In this document: positions 28,432-41,900 of the stretch, in pieces
Numbering within the stretch: position 1 is the stretch's first letter
Layout of the letters: each line of letters opens with the position of its first letter
NCBI GenBank assembly: GCA_001949185.1
Contig: BDGG01000013.1
Span: 310,001 to 374,000, forward strand
DNA from: Ramazzottius varieornatus
Lineage: Eukaryota; Animalia; Tardigrada
Direction of reading: 5' to 3'
Length of the DNA stretch: 64,000 nucleotides
Position numbers and translations under genes: made by a program
The notes under the pieces: model-generated
What the model was told of the DNA's origin: nothing
Database searches by the model: none
What the model saw: only the letters and a program-made list of their open reading frames with translations

Positions 28432-29314
28432 ATTGGAAACTTGAGACGACCAGGAGAAAAAACAACAGGCAAAAGACTTCTCTAAAACTGTTAGTTTTAG
28501 GGAAGCGTGCCGGTCCGTGTAGCGCAGCTGCAAAAACTGAAGTCCGCAACAGGCCAACCCTCTGTCTGTACCAAAGAGCGCGAGAAGGAGGTTCCAAATC
28601 CCTTTGGGCATGCACCTGTTGCTGGCGTTTTTGACAGCTGGGTCCGGTTTTCCTGCTATTCCCCCGGAAAAATACGCTTTGACTTTGCAATAACTGCACA
28701 CTTGCTGACAATAAGCTCAGTCATTATCTGACAGTCGGCAAACAGCGAATCTGGAATGCAGTAATTGATTCTCGGTGATCAACGGCCGACTGTCTATCAT
28801 ACAGTATGTTTGGCCCCCTTTTTCGAATTTTAGGATATTTGCTGTCTTTCTCAGCCGAATGTTTTTTCCAAACCTGTTTGATCAGCGATCTCAAAGATAG
28901 TCATCAGCGTTAGTGCTGAAGGGAGGACAATAGCGATGTAATTAATTTTACTGGCTGTGGCAAGCGCGCCATGCTGATCAGAAGCAAACAACGTGGACCA
29001 CGTTCGGCGGACCCAACGGTAGCAACAGACACGTACGTGAACGAAGGCCTGGAATATAGTAGTAAGCCGCAGCCGTAGAGCAGCCTGGATTGTAACGCGT
29101 TTTTATAGATTAAAGCACTATGACTGATTTAGCAAATTGAGACGAGTAAATCAATCGAAAACGAAACTATACCCATTACCATCGAAAGAACAAAAGAAAA
29201 CAATGAAGGAGTCAGATTAGGGAGAATGGCAGTAATGATGCGACACAATCGTTTTTGATCCAATGAGTTCAGTTAAAAAGAGAGCGCATCTTGGCGTTGA
29301 AGAGGAGCTAGCGC

Positions 29315-32300
29315 TTACAAAGCACGCATGCTAACAGATCGGTCCCTGACGAGGTAGTCAACGTTAGCACGCCAGAGCTCACGCTTAAGAGCACGGCGGA
29401 CATCGTCTTCCTCGAAAGGGCGACGGGTGACACCGGTGATCGTATAGGTAACGGTGTGGACATCATCGCGGTCCAAGTCCTCCTCCAAGCGGTCCAGCTC
29501 TATCTCGGCGGAGAAGGCGATGTGAACATCGCGCACTTCACCTGTAAAAAATTAAACAGTGCGTGACAGTAAAACCAGTCAACCGATGATAAAATCCAAA
29601 GTTCACAAATCCTGAAGCAGAACCTACTGAGGGTATCGGAAGTCAACCAGATTTTTTTGATGTCACGAAGAATGGATCGCATTTCCCGGTGACCGCGGTA
29701 GCGGATGGTCAGTGAACCGCGAATTTCCACCTCGTCTCTACGACCACCATGTCCATGGCCTCGTCCGCGTCCGCGTCCGGGGCCGCGTACGAAGTCGGCT
29801 CCCTGTCCGTAACCAACACTGTCGATCCGGGTATTCTGAAAGCGAGACGACCAAGCCTTTAAAAACCCTTGTGACCTAAAGGATTTGAACTCAAGTTACC
29901 TGGTTCTTGTTGTAGCTACTGAGACTATTGGCTCCCATGTTCGTGAGGGCGATGGATTTTCTCGATGCCTGTAACGGCAACAATTTTGGTGGTTTTGGAC
30001 TTGTGATCCGTTTTTCTTACAATACGGGGGATGTACAGCAATAAAGTGAATGCTTCTGTACCGAGTTGTCCACTACCGTAGATGGTGACAAGTCGAAAGT
30101 ATCCACATTGTGAGCGACATTGTCCGATGTGGCAGGGGCAACCACCTCCGGTTTTTTGGTCGTTTTCTGGACAGTGGCGCTGTTGTCCATTTTTTCATGT
30201 GTGAGGGCAGTGGTCTGGCTGTACTTGTTCCTCTGGTAGTAAGGGACAGCTTGATTAGTATGGCTGACTTTGAAACTGGGCACTGCAACTGGAGTTGTGT
30301 AGTGGTAGGTGGGGGCTGGAACTGTGGCGACGGTAGCACCAACGTTGTCCGTCTTAACCACCACTTTGCTGGTTTTGGTCGCCGTCTTGCTCTTTGTAAT
30401 GATTGGAGTTGCCATCTTCTGGTAGGCTGTTTTTTGGTCGGTGGTGGTTGCGGGAGTTGGGACAGTGTGGAAGCTGTAGCGATTGTTCTGGTAGTAGGGT
30501 GTACGCTGGCTGACGGTCTTGGTAATGGCCACTTTGGGCTGGTTTGTGAAGGTATCATCATCAGTGATATTATCAACCTTTGCCACGGTCTTGATCAAGA
30601 CGGTCTTGCTTTTCTTTGCATAGGTGGAAGCCGTAGGGTTGTACGATGTCTGGCGGACTGCAGTACGGACAACGGTGGGGGCGCTATAGGTGACTGTGCC
30701 CTTCTTGACGACTTTGCCGGTTGTTGGGGCGACGTGTTCGGCGTTCCAGTTGGTGGTACCTTGGACGTAGGGTCGGACGACCAGTCGAGTGGCGGTTTGC
30801 AGGACGACGTTGTCGGACTTGTACAGCGTGGACCAGAATCGGCTGACATATGAACTCAAGTCGAGGTTCAAGCGAATACTTTCAACCAGGATGGAGTAGT
30901 GGATGTTGTGCTTTCGGCCGCCGAGAAGGGAGAAGTCGTCCTTAACGGAAACGTCGACGCTGTAAGCGGCGCTGCCCAGAAGGTCGGCCCATATGGATCG
31001 AATGGCTTCCAGAGCTTCGTCACGTTGAGGCCTGGTTGTGTACTCCATCTTGGAGCAACGTCAAACGGATTATGATAGATCGGACCACAGTCAATCACAG
31101 TCAAGCATTTTTATGTCTACCTGGACGGCGTCGGACAAAAAGTAGTGCTTGGTGGCACCGTGGTTCATGTTGTTGTCGTCGAAGACAGACATGGAGTTGG
31201 TGTTGGTGTTTGTTTTGGTCTTGGTGAGAGGGGCGCGGTCTTCAATGCTGGTGTTAGAGAAAGAACCGTCAACACTGTCGTCAGAATCAGCGGAATCTTC
31301 AAGTTCGCGACTTAGGCTGGGCAAGGTGATGAAAGAGTAGCCGGTACCAGTCTGGGTGGTGGGCAGGACAGACAAGAGCCGTCTTTCGAGAGTGTCAAAG
31401 TTCCAGTTGGTCTTCATGGAAGAGAACATGATGGAGTAGGAGACACGGTGGGCGTTGGGGCCGCTCAGTGGAGCAGCTTTGTCATCGTAGACGGACACCT
31501 GGACGTTCCACACACCCGAACCTGTCAGGCAGAATCGCTTTTAAATTTGTGAGCTGCCACAACGTGAAACTTCTCTGACAAACATTCTTAACATCATTAT
31601 TTATCGTTCAAGTTTTTATGGGACGTGCACCCACCGAGCACTTGCTGCCAGGTCGTGCGTAGAGTTTCGATGGCGTTTTTCTTCTGGGCCTCGGTGGTGT
31701 AAGTCATGGTGACAGTATCGTAGAACACGAGCGATCGAACGCCATTGTCAGGGCATGGCTGTGTGCTGTCCTGTACAGTCTTATCTGCAGCGACCAGCAA
31801 GGGAATGTTGGCATTGGACAGAACCTGGAAAACCTTGGTCTGCAACTGCTGGACATTCCAGTCCATTTGGGTGGTGAGGACGGTGATGACATAGGCCAAC
31901 TGGTGAGTGATGTCGGCATTCAGCATATCCTGATGGACGACCAAATCGACATTTGTAGCGGCGTCACCGAAAGCCGTCTCCCAGGCACGACGGATGATCT
32001 CCAGAACGCGGTTGCGTTCGGTTGCGCTGCTGTAACTGAAGGTGATGGTGTCGTAGATCATGAAGGACTTGACGCCATCTTGGTCAATCAAGTCCAAGGA
32101 TGGGGCGCCGGGTCTACGGATCTGGTCGATGACGGTCAGGTTCAGGCTGTCGGGCATATCCCCTTGGGGGAACGTCACCTACAACGTACGATGTGTAACA
32201 ATTAGCCAAGATGTCACGGTAGCCAAATGTGATTTAAGGTAGCGTACCAGGTAGGAGGTGGTGGATGCAGCAAGGATCTGCTGGAACTGGCGCTTGTAGT

Positions 32301-35300
32301 AGCTGGCTTGGAAGTTGAAAGGAGCGGCGCCGTAGGTAACAACGTAGGTTACGTTGTGAGCCTGCTTCTTGCTGGGCATGTAACCGGTAGGCAGAAGGAT
32401 ATCCCGGATGATTGTCGCGTCCACGTTGCTCACTTCGGTATCTGTAAGATAAGAGATAGTCAAGACGTGTGGCTGAACGAAGAATGGCTTTGTGAAGTGC
32501 GTACTCAGCACGCAAGCCCACAGCCGGCGAATCCAACCGATATCCCGATCGCGTTCTTCCCGAGTGCTGTACGCCAACAACAGGTTGCCTTCGATGGTCT
32601 GGGGAGTACCACTGACACTTGAGACCGTAGTGCTCGGTCGGACGTTGGTGGGTGTACTATCCATATCGTCAACGTCATCATCAACAGTGATGCCCTTTCG
32701 GCGGACAAATGTTCTGGTGTTGGTACTGACAGGGTTGAGAGAAGTATCCCCGGTGACGGTGGAATCGGTCATGTCCTTGTCGGAGTTGGCAAAGTCGCTG
32801 ATGGTGGTGTAGGTGTACATGGACTTGTCCAGGGCGTCGATACCGACCAGGCGAGCAGCCAGCAGGTTCTGACGGAAAGCAGACTTGGCCTCAGATACTT
32901 TGATGGTCACTGGTGCACGACCCACAACCTTGTACTGGACTTCCTGGCGGGTCAAACCGGCATTGGTGGTGACTGTACGTTCATTGAGGAAAATAGAGGT
33001 GACACTGCTGCCTTGGTACAAATCCCCTACAACAGAAACAAAACTATGAGCTTCATCGTTCAACACTGTACCATAGCCAGAAACTTACACAGAGTCGACT
33101 GCCAGAGGTTCTGAATCTGCTTGATGAAAATGTTGCGTTCAGCCGGAGTGGAGCACTCCATCAGAATGGTGTCGATCAGGAAGAAGGGCGTTGGCTGGGC
33201 AGATGGATTGTAAACTGGGGAATCAGTATCAGCTGTGCTGTAGGTGGATACCGTCGTTGAAGAATCACTGGATTCGATACCGGCTAGCGGGGAGTAAGTC
33301 AAGCTTTGGCGGAAGGTGAATTTGGCCTCTCGGACATCGACAGTCACTGGACTGCGCGCCGATACTTGAAAGGTCCCTTCTTTGCCGGTCAAGCCCAGCG
33401 AGGTGGTCAGGGCCCGCTCGGACACAAAGGTAACGGTAACATCGGTTGCTCGGTAGAGGCTAGTCAGTGTGTTGCGCCAAAGGTCTTGCACCAGTCGCAG
33501 TAGCGTCTGTCGTTCCGCCGAAGTCACGTACTTCATCAGGACTGAGTCAGTGAAAGAGACGCGGAATGACTCTGGGGTATTTTCTGGCGCGTCGGTGGTC
33601 ATATCGCTGTCCACAGTCGTCCCACCAACAATGTCGACACCTCTTAACGGAGATTCCGTCAGGACTTGTCGGAAGACCGCTTTGACTTGGGTCACGTCGA
33701 TCATAATTACACTGCGGCAGGAGATGTTCAACGTGACGACTTTGCCAGAGAGACCAGAAGATGTGCTGATGGTCGGTTCGAACAGGAAGGTGACGGTGAC
33801 ATCAATAGGCTCGTCCCCAGTTATCGCTGGCAAAGCAGGTTACATCAGTAGGTCATACAAAGTACAGCTAGATTTTTGAAAAGGTGGATTTTTCAAAAAT
33901 TATCTTTGTAATTCTTGAGTTAATGTAAAGCAAACAAGCCCTTACTCAAAGCCTTTCGATAGACCTCTTGAATTTGCCGAAGCAGCGCGTCTCGCTCGGC
34001 AGTGGTAGCGTATGTGAGGACCAGTTTGTCGGTGAAAGAGAAGGATTTGGGCGAGATGGGATAAACCACATCATCCGTAGAGTCGCTGTCGGTGGTAACA
34101 TCGGTGTCAACAGTGTCAGGCCGGTTGGAGTTGGACGGTTTGGTCTTGACGACCTTTGAGGTGAGGCGTGTGTCCACCTGGCCATCCATGTCGGTGTCGG
34201 TATTCTTGTTTAAATTAACTTCACCGATCTCGACACCGGCAATGGGCGAACCAGACAGGCTTCGACGAAAAGCAGACTTGGCCTCAGCCACGATGATATC
34301 CATTCTGCTGGTACCGAAGACTCGGAAAGTAACCTCATTGCGGGGTGTGCCGGAAGGGCTGGTGACCAAGCGCTCTCTCAAAAAGGTGACAGTGACACCC
34401 GTGGCTTGGTACAAGTTTCCTGTAACCATTGAGGTTGCGCCTCAGAGTTTTAGCAAAGAGAGAACAAGTGTGGCAGAAAAGATACAGTACTCAGTGTGTT
34501 TTGCCAGACTTGCTGGATCTGCTGGATCAAGACGTCTCGCTCAGCTGCAGTAGAGTAGGTCATCAGCACTCGATCGCTGAAGGAGAAGGTCGACGAAGAG
34601 CTAGGTGGAACACCGACTGCGCCATCCAAACTGGTGTCAGTTGTTTGACTGGAAGTGAAGATGGTGGTCTCGGTAATGTCCACACCGGTGACAGGAGTGC
34701 CACGCAGGCTTCGACGGAAAGCAGACTTGGCCTCGGACACACTGACGGTCGTTCGGCTCGTACCGGATACTCCGAAGGTAACTTCGTTACGGGTGGCGCC
34801 GGAACGATTGATCACCACGCGTTCGCGGACGAACGTCATGATGACACCAGTGGCTTGGTATAAGTCCCCTGCAACCACAAACCAAATACCCCGATCCTCG
34901 AGTACGATACGATACACTTCGATAAGATAAGTACGATAAGATAATAGCGGATAGCAAAAGACCAGGCTCCTTACTTAGAGTATTCTGCCAGACTAGCTGA
35001 ATTTGCTGCTTTAAAAAGTCTCGTTCAGCAGCAGTGGAGTATGTCATCAGAAGGTGGTCGGTGAAGGAGAAGGTCGAGGGACCATCGGGCAACGGGGAAT
35101 CAGTATCATCGGTATCGGTCCTGTCGGTGGTCAAGGTGGTGTCCGTAGCTTCCACACCAGCGAAACCAGCGGCGCGCAAATTTTCACGGAAGGTGGTTCT
35201 AGCCTCGGACAAGTTGATCTCTTGGCCGCTCTTTCCACTGATCTGGTAAGTGACTTCCATGCGAGACGAGCCGGTGCTGGTCAGATCTGTGGTGCCGACC

Positions 35301-35667
35301 AGGCGTTCGTCCAGAAAATCGATGGAAACATCGGTGGCTTGGTATAACGAGACTGCAATGGAAAGGTATAACAAGTAGCCGAAAGAGCCAAAGGAGAAAA
35401 AAGCCACTCACCCAGGGTCTTGCGCCAAACGACCAGGATCTGCTGCAGGAAGACATCTCGCTGCGCAGAGGTGGTGTACGTCAGGTGAACCGCGTCACTG
35501 ATGGTGAACGAAGTCGTTGCTGTCGAAGCCGGGAAGCTCGAACCGGCAAGCAGAACCTACACAGAAGTTGCACTGAACTTAAATTCAGAATACCCAGCAT
35601 GAGGGCCCCTATAAAGGAGACTGCTCACCAGCGAAAGAGCAACTGTCAAGCTGGGATAGCCGGCCAT
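29315..35667 (-). CDS. Gene C: secreted protein with ~11 repeat domains and a T/K/P-rich mucin-like segment
   Basis: Signal peptide MAGYPSLTVALSL|VLLAGSSFPA. Repeated FSFTD.VLMTY.T.AERD.L..QIQ.VW...L domains, then domains paralogous to gene B; ends VDYLVRDRSVSMRAL*. Confidence 0.72.
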
Positions 35668-36242
35668 GCTGAAGACCCCTCTTGGGACCGTATTAGGGTC
35701 CTAGAACCACGGCAGAAAGTCGAGAAGCAGAAGAAACAGAAACGGATATCGATACCGTGGGAAGATTCAGCTATGGCGCTCATTTAACACAAATTGTCAA
35801 AACTTTGCCAAAACGTGTCAAATCTGGCCAAAATGTCCCCTGGGCATGCTCAGGACCTGTAGAAAGCAATGAGCTGCTGTCACTACTGCTGATCACGATC
35901 ATGCAGCTATCGAGTACCTGCGTTGGAGATTGTGCTTGCTTCGGTGCTTTGCAGCTTGCAGGAGGTGCAATGACATTACTCTCGAATGGCAACTAGATCT
36001 CTATCAGTAGCCAATTGTTAGGAGTGGAAAATTTCATGGAATTAACAACGCAAGATTAATTGTCTTTTAATGGCGCTTTTGTATCCTCAGGACGTACACT
36101 ATACCGGATGCAGAATGCTAACCCTGGGACCATCGAGCGGGCTCGAGACGCAGAAGGGCAGAGACCCTTCTGAAATTTCTTCGTTGTTGGGCAAAGTCCA
36201 GGGCGCTTTTGAATACTTTTCCAACGATTTGGGATCACCGCA

Positions 36243-36367
36243 CGCCTGTATTACGTTGGAATAACAACTGTGCCTGACTTATGTCTAATTTCTGGACGAA
36301 ATGAATTTTGGATACGAGGTGAACGACCTAAGTCAGGCACAGTGGTTATTCCTTCGTGATACAGACG
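36243..36367. mobile_element. Short MITE/foldback element
   Basis: Inverted arms ggaataacaactgtgcctgactta (from 36258) / taagtcaggcacagtggttattcc (to 36352), extending imperfectly outward. Confidence 0.65.
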
Positions 36368-36701
36368 TAATTTTTCTCTGCTCTTGTTGCGTTTAACTAA
36401 CTGCTTGCTTGCTGAAGTAGATTGATCATGTTCCTCAGGGTTTCAATAGTTCGAACGACAAAGCGTTGTAGATCACAGGAGTTTGTCCAGGGAGAGAGAT
36501 GGGTCTGTCCTATGTCAAAAAGCCTAAAGACGTATCAATATCAACGAGCGTACGATAAGAAATGAATAAAGCGTCGACGACCATGTTCAAACATTTCGCC
36601 TCGCCCGAATTATGGAGCGAAAATCGATATGCCCGAACTACACCCCGCTCAGGCCAACTTGCTACCACCTGGCATTTCGGCAAAGGACATTTTGGTCAGT
36701 G

Positions 36702-36751
36702 NNNNNNNNNNNNNNNNNNNNNNNNNNNNNNNNNNNNNNNNNNNNNNNNNN
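36702..36751. other. Assembly gap (50 N)
   Basis: Run of n. Confidence 1.
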
Positions 36752-37671
36752 GCCACTGATTTGGGTAGCAAGTTGACCTGAGCGGACTGTACATCGTTCA
36801 CCCCGTAATTTTTATTAACACGCTGAATTCCAAGATTTTTGTATCGGCAGATTACTAGCGTACTCACTGAGCACAGAACTTCAACTGGAGGAAAAGGGAA
36901 GGCGTAACCCAAATTAGCCAATAGACAATTTTCAGAATTTCGAAATTGTGGAGGTTGGCAGCCGTAAAGGCCAACTTGGGAAAAGTAGCCCTGACCATTT
37001 TGATTTTTTTCTGGACGCACCGATGACACCAAGTTTGTTCCAAGCCTAGTATTGGTAGAGGAAGCTCTCCTTAGTGTTTTAATCTTCTTCTAAACAGATG
37101 GTAGGTAAGTATCTCAAGCAAAGACATGAAACCTAAAATACCCCTCGAAACTGCCCGAAATCGTAAGGATTTTTTCCAGCCTGCGGAAGTTGCACTGACC
37201 AGTGGGCACCAGCTGCGTTTCGGTGATGATGCCGCAGACCAGGCAAAGAAAAAAAGTTTGATCAAAACCGGGGAAAATGGAAATTAAGGGAAACGAAAAA
37301 GTGCCGTATAGTACTCACAGTGAGTACGGTGGTAATCAGGGTGTTAATTCATCTGCGAAGGGAGTTGCCTGCAGTAACAGTAGCATGTCTCCGTATACAG
37401 CAAAATAACGGCGCTGTCATCTATTGCGTTCTTTCCTTGGTGAAAAGCATTAGTGAAGCGATTACCGGCCATTCACCAGGCTTTCAGTCTTAATCGTTTT
37501 TGCTTAGCCGGAAGCAAGAAAGTATTGCCTTTTGTTTGTCGAGAAAGCTCGGGCTCGCTCTGTTAAAACTGTCTGGAATGGAACTTTATTCGAAACCACA
37601 TTGGAACGAAGGGACGAGCACAGGATTTACTTTTCGAAAAAAGATGAAAAATGAATAGACAGCCAACTTTA

Positions 37672-37830
37672 TGTACACGCGCCTGGCCTCATTACTGGCC
37701 AAGACAAATTTTTTGGCCACTGGCCGAAAGCGGCATCCCGGTCAAACTGACAATCAATCGAAGCGTTACCGCTTTTGTCCACTGGCCAAGAATTTTGTCC
37801 TGGCCAATAATTAGACCAGGCGCGTATACA
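37672..37830. mobile_element. Foldback MITE with ~60-bp imperfect arms
   Basis: tgtacacgcgcctggcctcattactggccaagacaaa...aagcgg is inverted as ccgctt...tttgtcctggccaataattagaccaggcgcgtataca. Confidence 0.65.
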
Positions 37831-37870
37831 ACATCCATCGTCCTGCATAGAAACTTCATACCATCCTTTA

Positions 37871-37985
37871 CTGTATACTCTCCCGAAATTCACGTACGTC
37901 GCTCCATTCAGAGTGTAAAACTAGACGGTAAGACCCCGATGATTTGAGAGTCAGTGACGTACGTGAATTTCGGGAGAGCATACAG
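37871..37985. mobile_element. MITE with 30-bp TIR and TA flanks
   Basis: ctgtatactctcccgaaattcacgtacgtc / gacgtacgtgaatttcgggagagcatacag (1 mismatch), with TA on both sides. Confidence 0.78.
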
Positions 37986-38915
37986 TACGGCGCTCGAGCG
38001 GAGCAGGAAATCGGATTAGCGTAGGAATGAGCCATTTGAAAGGGAGCACGTGGGCGGAGCTGAACCGACTGAACCCACTAATGTGCTCGGTGCGTAATTC
38101 CCGAGTAAGGCATACGGGACGTTACTCGAGTGCGTAAGAAATCCGAGTAACATTCCAACTAAGCTTTCCTGTGGATATCTCTTCCCAAAAGTTTTTCAAA
38201 ACCTCAGATTTGCTTTCAAGATGTCCCACCGAGGTGCCAACTGCCCCTCTAACTGCATCTTTCAGGGTTTAACGTCGGTTATTAATTATTCGTCAAACTG
38301 TGGCAACGACTGCACGCTTGACTGTGACTTTGTCAACCTAGAAAACAACGAAAATCTCAGTTTGACTGTGGATATAACTGTGGCTTTCGAAATTCGATGA
38401 GCCTGCAACTTCAACTGTGACTTTTGCCACAATAAGAACTGTGTCTATGACTGTGGCTTTTGCCACTTTCTGGATTTTACTGTGCCTTTAACTGCTGCTT
38501 CTCGTATCAAGCGGCGAGTATTCGCTTGATCGTCCTCTGTCTGCTGTTCGGTGCTCGTAGATTTTTTCCATCATTATGTAGTTGTTCGCCTACATAGATC
38601 GGAACCGAGGTAGGCGAACAAGAACTTGGGGGCGTGATTGTTTCCAGTTGAACAAGCATGTCGTGTAATTTATAGGTGTGGCTGCTCGTTGACTGGCTGA
38701 TAAGTGTCCAGTAATTTTCGCTACCGTAGCTCTGATGAAGTCAGTTGGAAGAGGAAAAGAGAACCAAAAGCCAAGAAACCCTTGCCGACGTAGTCAAAAA
38801 GCAGGAAGAAAGGACCGAATAACAGCAGCTGGTCCCGAAGAGGAGAGAAAAAAGACAGAAAATGAAACGACAGATACAGGGAGTTTTGCCATAGAGTTCG
38901 TACTGCCATGCTTGT

Positions 38916-41900
38916 TCAGGCCGCAAGGGGAGCCTGGAAGCCGCAGGCGGCGTTCCTGGAAGCGTAGACGCTCTTAGTGATCACGAACTGTTGGAACGAG
39001 GCTTGGAGTGCGGTGACGCTGAGCTGGTACTTGTCGCTGACGATGACCACAGCATACGACAGTAGGCTGGTAGTCTTGCCCGAGGTGTCCGAGGTGCTAC
39101 CAATGATTAGCTCGTCGAACAACCAAGCCTCGACCAGCTGGAATCCACCACCTGGAAGAAATATACCCGTCAGATACTGGAATCTGAAATGAAAGGAACA
39201 GCATGAGATACCGAGGGCGGATTGCCACAGCTTCTCGATGCCATCTACAAAGTCATCGCGTTCCTGCTCTGACTTGTACGAGAAGGTGATGGTGTCGCGA
39301 AGGACGACGGCGTTGCTGTGGGCGCTCGCGGTGAAGACAGTCTGACCACCCATGGAAGGAGCAGGCTTGATAGCGTAGAACTGCGACTTGAGACTGACGA
39401 GGTCAAGGTCGGCTACGTTGCTGAAGATGACCACCAGGTACTTGATGGTTTCAGAGGAAGCCGACGTTTGGTTATCGTAAATGGACAGGTGGATATAGCT
39501 GTTCTTTCCTGTAGGACAAACAAGACATCAAGCGCTGCAGTTCAGTCAGGAAATGTCCTACCACCTACCGATAACTTGGTTCCATGTACTCTCGATCTGT
39601 TGGATGTACGCTTCGATCTCATCGTTGTTCTTGGAGTTGATGTTGAGGGTGTCGTAGATGATGTACGCGTTGACTGGGATCGCTTGGCTCGATGCGGTCA
39701 TAAAGTCAGTCTGGAGAAAACAAACCTGCTCATACAAGCTCTCTTCAAAGTCTCAATCAACCGAAGACGCAATCGGAAAGGTGGGACTTACGCTAGAGTC
39801 GACGCGGTCGGTGTCAATCATTTGTTTGTTGTTGCTCGATGACATGGCGTTACCACTGGCTCGGTTGAAGCTGGAGTAAACCTTGTTAACTGGGCCAACA
39901 GCGGTGTCGATATTATCATCGACGTTGTCTTCGGTCTTGGTCACCTTCTTGGTCTTGACCACAGTCTTCTTGACTACTTCTTCGTCAGCTTGGCCATCGT
40001 TGTCACCATCCACATTCTCAACCTTGGTGACTTTCTTCGATGTCTTGACCACATCGACCTTCTTCACCGTGTCAACATGATCGTCATTGGACATGGTGCC
40101 ACTGGACATGGCGTTAGCGTTGGTGGACTTGAAGTAGTTATTGCGGCTCGAGTGCGCTGGTTGGCTGTACCCCAACTTGACGATGAGCTTGGGTGCGGTG
40201 TAGCGGACAGGTTGCGGTGCCCCATCCGCGTTGTCGTCGACGTCCTCGACTTTCTCCACACTGACCTTCTTGGTCTTCTTGGTGAAAGTCTTTTTGACGG
40301 TTTCATCAGCAACACCATCATCGTCGTCGTCCACGCTGTCAGTACTCACCTTCTTGAAGCTGGTCTTCTTCACCTCGACCTTCTTCATACTGCCTACGTC
40401 AGCGTCCATGTTGTTGTTGCTAACATAACTGACCTTAGGGGTGGATTTGGGTGCTGTGTAGTGGGTAGTTTGAGGAGCGGCATCGGCGTTGTCGTCCACG
40501 TCCTCCTCCACATCGACGATCTTGGTCTTCTTGGTGAAGGTTTTCTTGACAATTCGATCGGCAACACCGTCGTCGTTGTTGTCCACCGTGTCCGTCGTCA
40601 TCTTCTTGAAGCTAGTCTTGACCACATCGACTTTCTGACCGGTCTTCATATCGTCGCTACTGGTCGTACTAACCTTAACTTTGGGTGCAGAGTACCCGTG
40701 CTGGACGTTGGGAAAGGTGTCGAAGTACTTGGGCGTGGTGGCGTCTTGAGCACTGTCATCGGAATTCTCATCATACGTCTGCTCTTGGGCCTTGTCCACT
40801 TTGACCTTCTTTGTCTTGACCACGGTCTTCTTGACCACATCAGCAACCCCATCGTTGTCGCTGTCGACGTTCTCCACTGTTGTCTTCTTGAATGTCTTCT
40901 TCATCACACTGACTTTCTTGACGGTATCCACGTTGTCGTTAGCGTTGTCGATGTCCCCGGTCCCAACTGTCTTCTTCGATGTCTTAACCACATCGGCTTT
41001 GGCGACGTCGTCCTGGGTGTTGTCGTTGTTGGTGTAGGCTGCATGGTAGTTCTTCCTCAGCCAGTAAGGTACACCTTGGTAGGGGTACTCAGTCTGGGGG
41101 CGAATGGGCCCATTGTAGGTGACCTTGGTGGCCGGTTCAGGGTGGTAGATGGAGTGAGGGGCGGGAGCGGCATCGACGTTGTCATCGGTGTTGTCTTCGA
41201 CCGTGCTCACCTTGACGTTCTTGGTCTTGTCCATCTTCTTGACTACCTTCTGGTTGGCGAAGCCGTCGTTGTTGGTATCGATGGTATCGACGTTGGTCGT
41301 CACTTTCTTGAAGGTCTTATTGACTTCCTCCTTCTTGACCGTGTCGGACATATCGTGCCCACTCTGAAAGCAAACCAGATGTGTACAGTACTGGTCCTAC
41401 TGAAGTTAGTATAAAGGCAACCGCTTCATGGTAGGACCTACACAAACTTGAAAAAACGGGGTGAAACACAGTAGGACTGCCGCATAATTTTTAAGGCCCG
41501 TGCCAAATTGTATGATATGCATTGGTCCTACCAGAAATCAAATGTGCTACCTGCTCGTTGTTGTCGCTATAAGTGGTCCCCACATCGTGGTCCAAGGTTC
41601 CCCTAACTTTTGGAAGTTTGAAACTGCCTCTGCCAGATCCGCCGACATTCATCCGAACAGGTTCATCGTCGGCCTCGTCGGTATTTTGAGTCTCGATCTT
41701 CTTGACGGTCTTCATGACTTTCTTAGTGTTGAATGTCTTCTTCTGCGCGACGGTATCATACGCATCGGTGTTCATGTCTATAGCGGCGTTGCTCGTGGTA
41801 CTGTAAGTGTAGATGGTAGTTTCGGTAATGATCTCAACGTTGCGGATCGGAGATGCCGAGAAACTTCGGCGGAATTCGGACTTCGCCGCAGAGATGCTGA

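Noticed and set aside
39990-41414. 474-aa plus-strand ORF (also 24174-25052, 30110-30853, 18895-19308)
   Set aside because: Antisense shadows of low-complexity, codon-biased exons of genes A-D; hydrophobic V/L/G-rich translations with no motifs.
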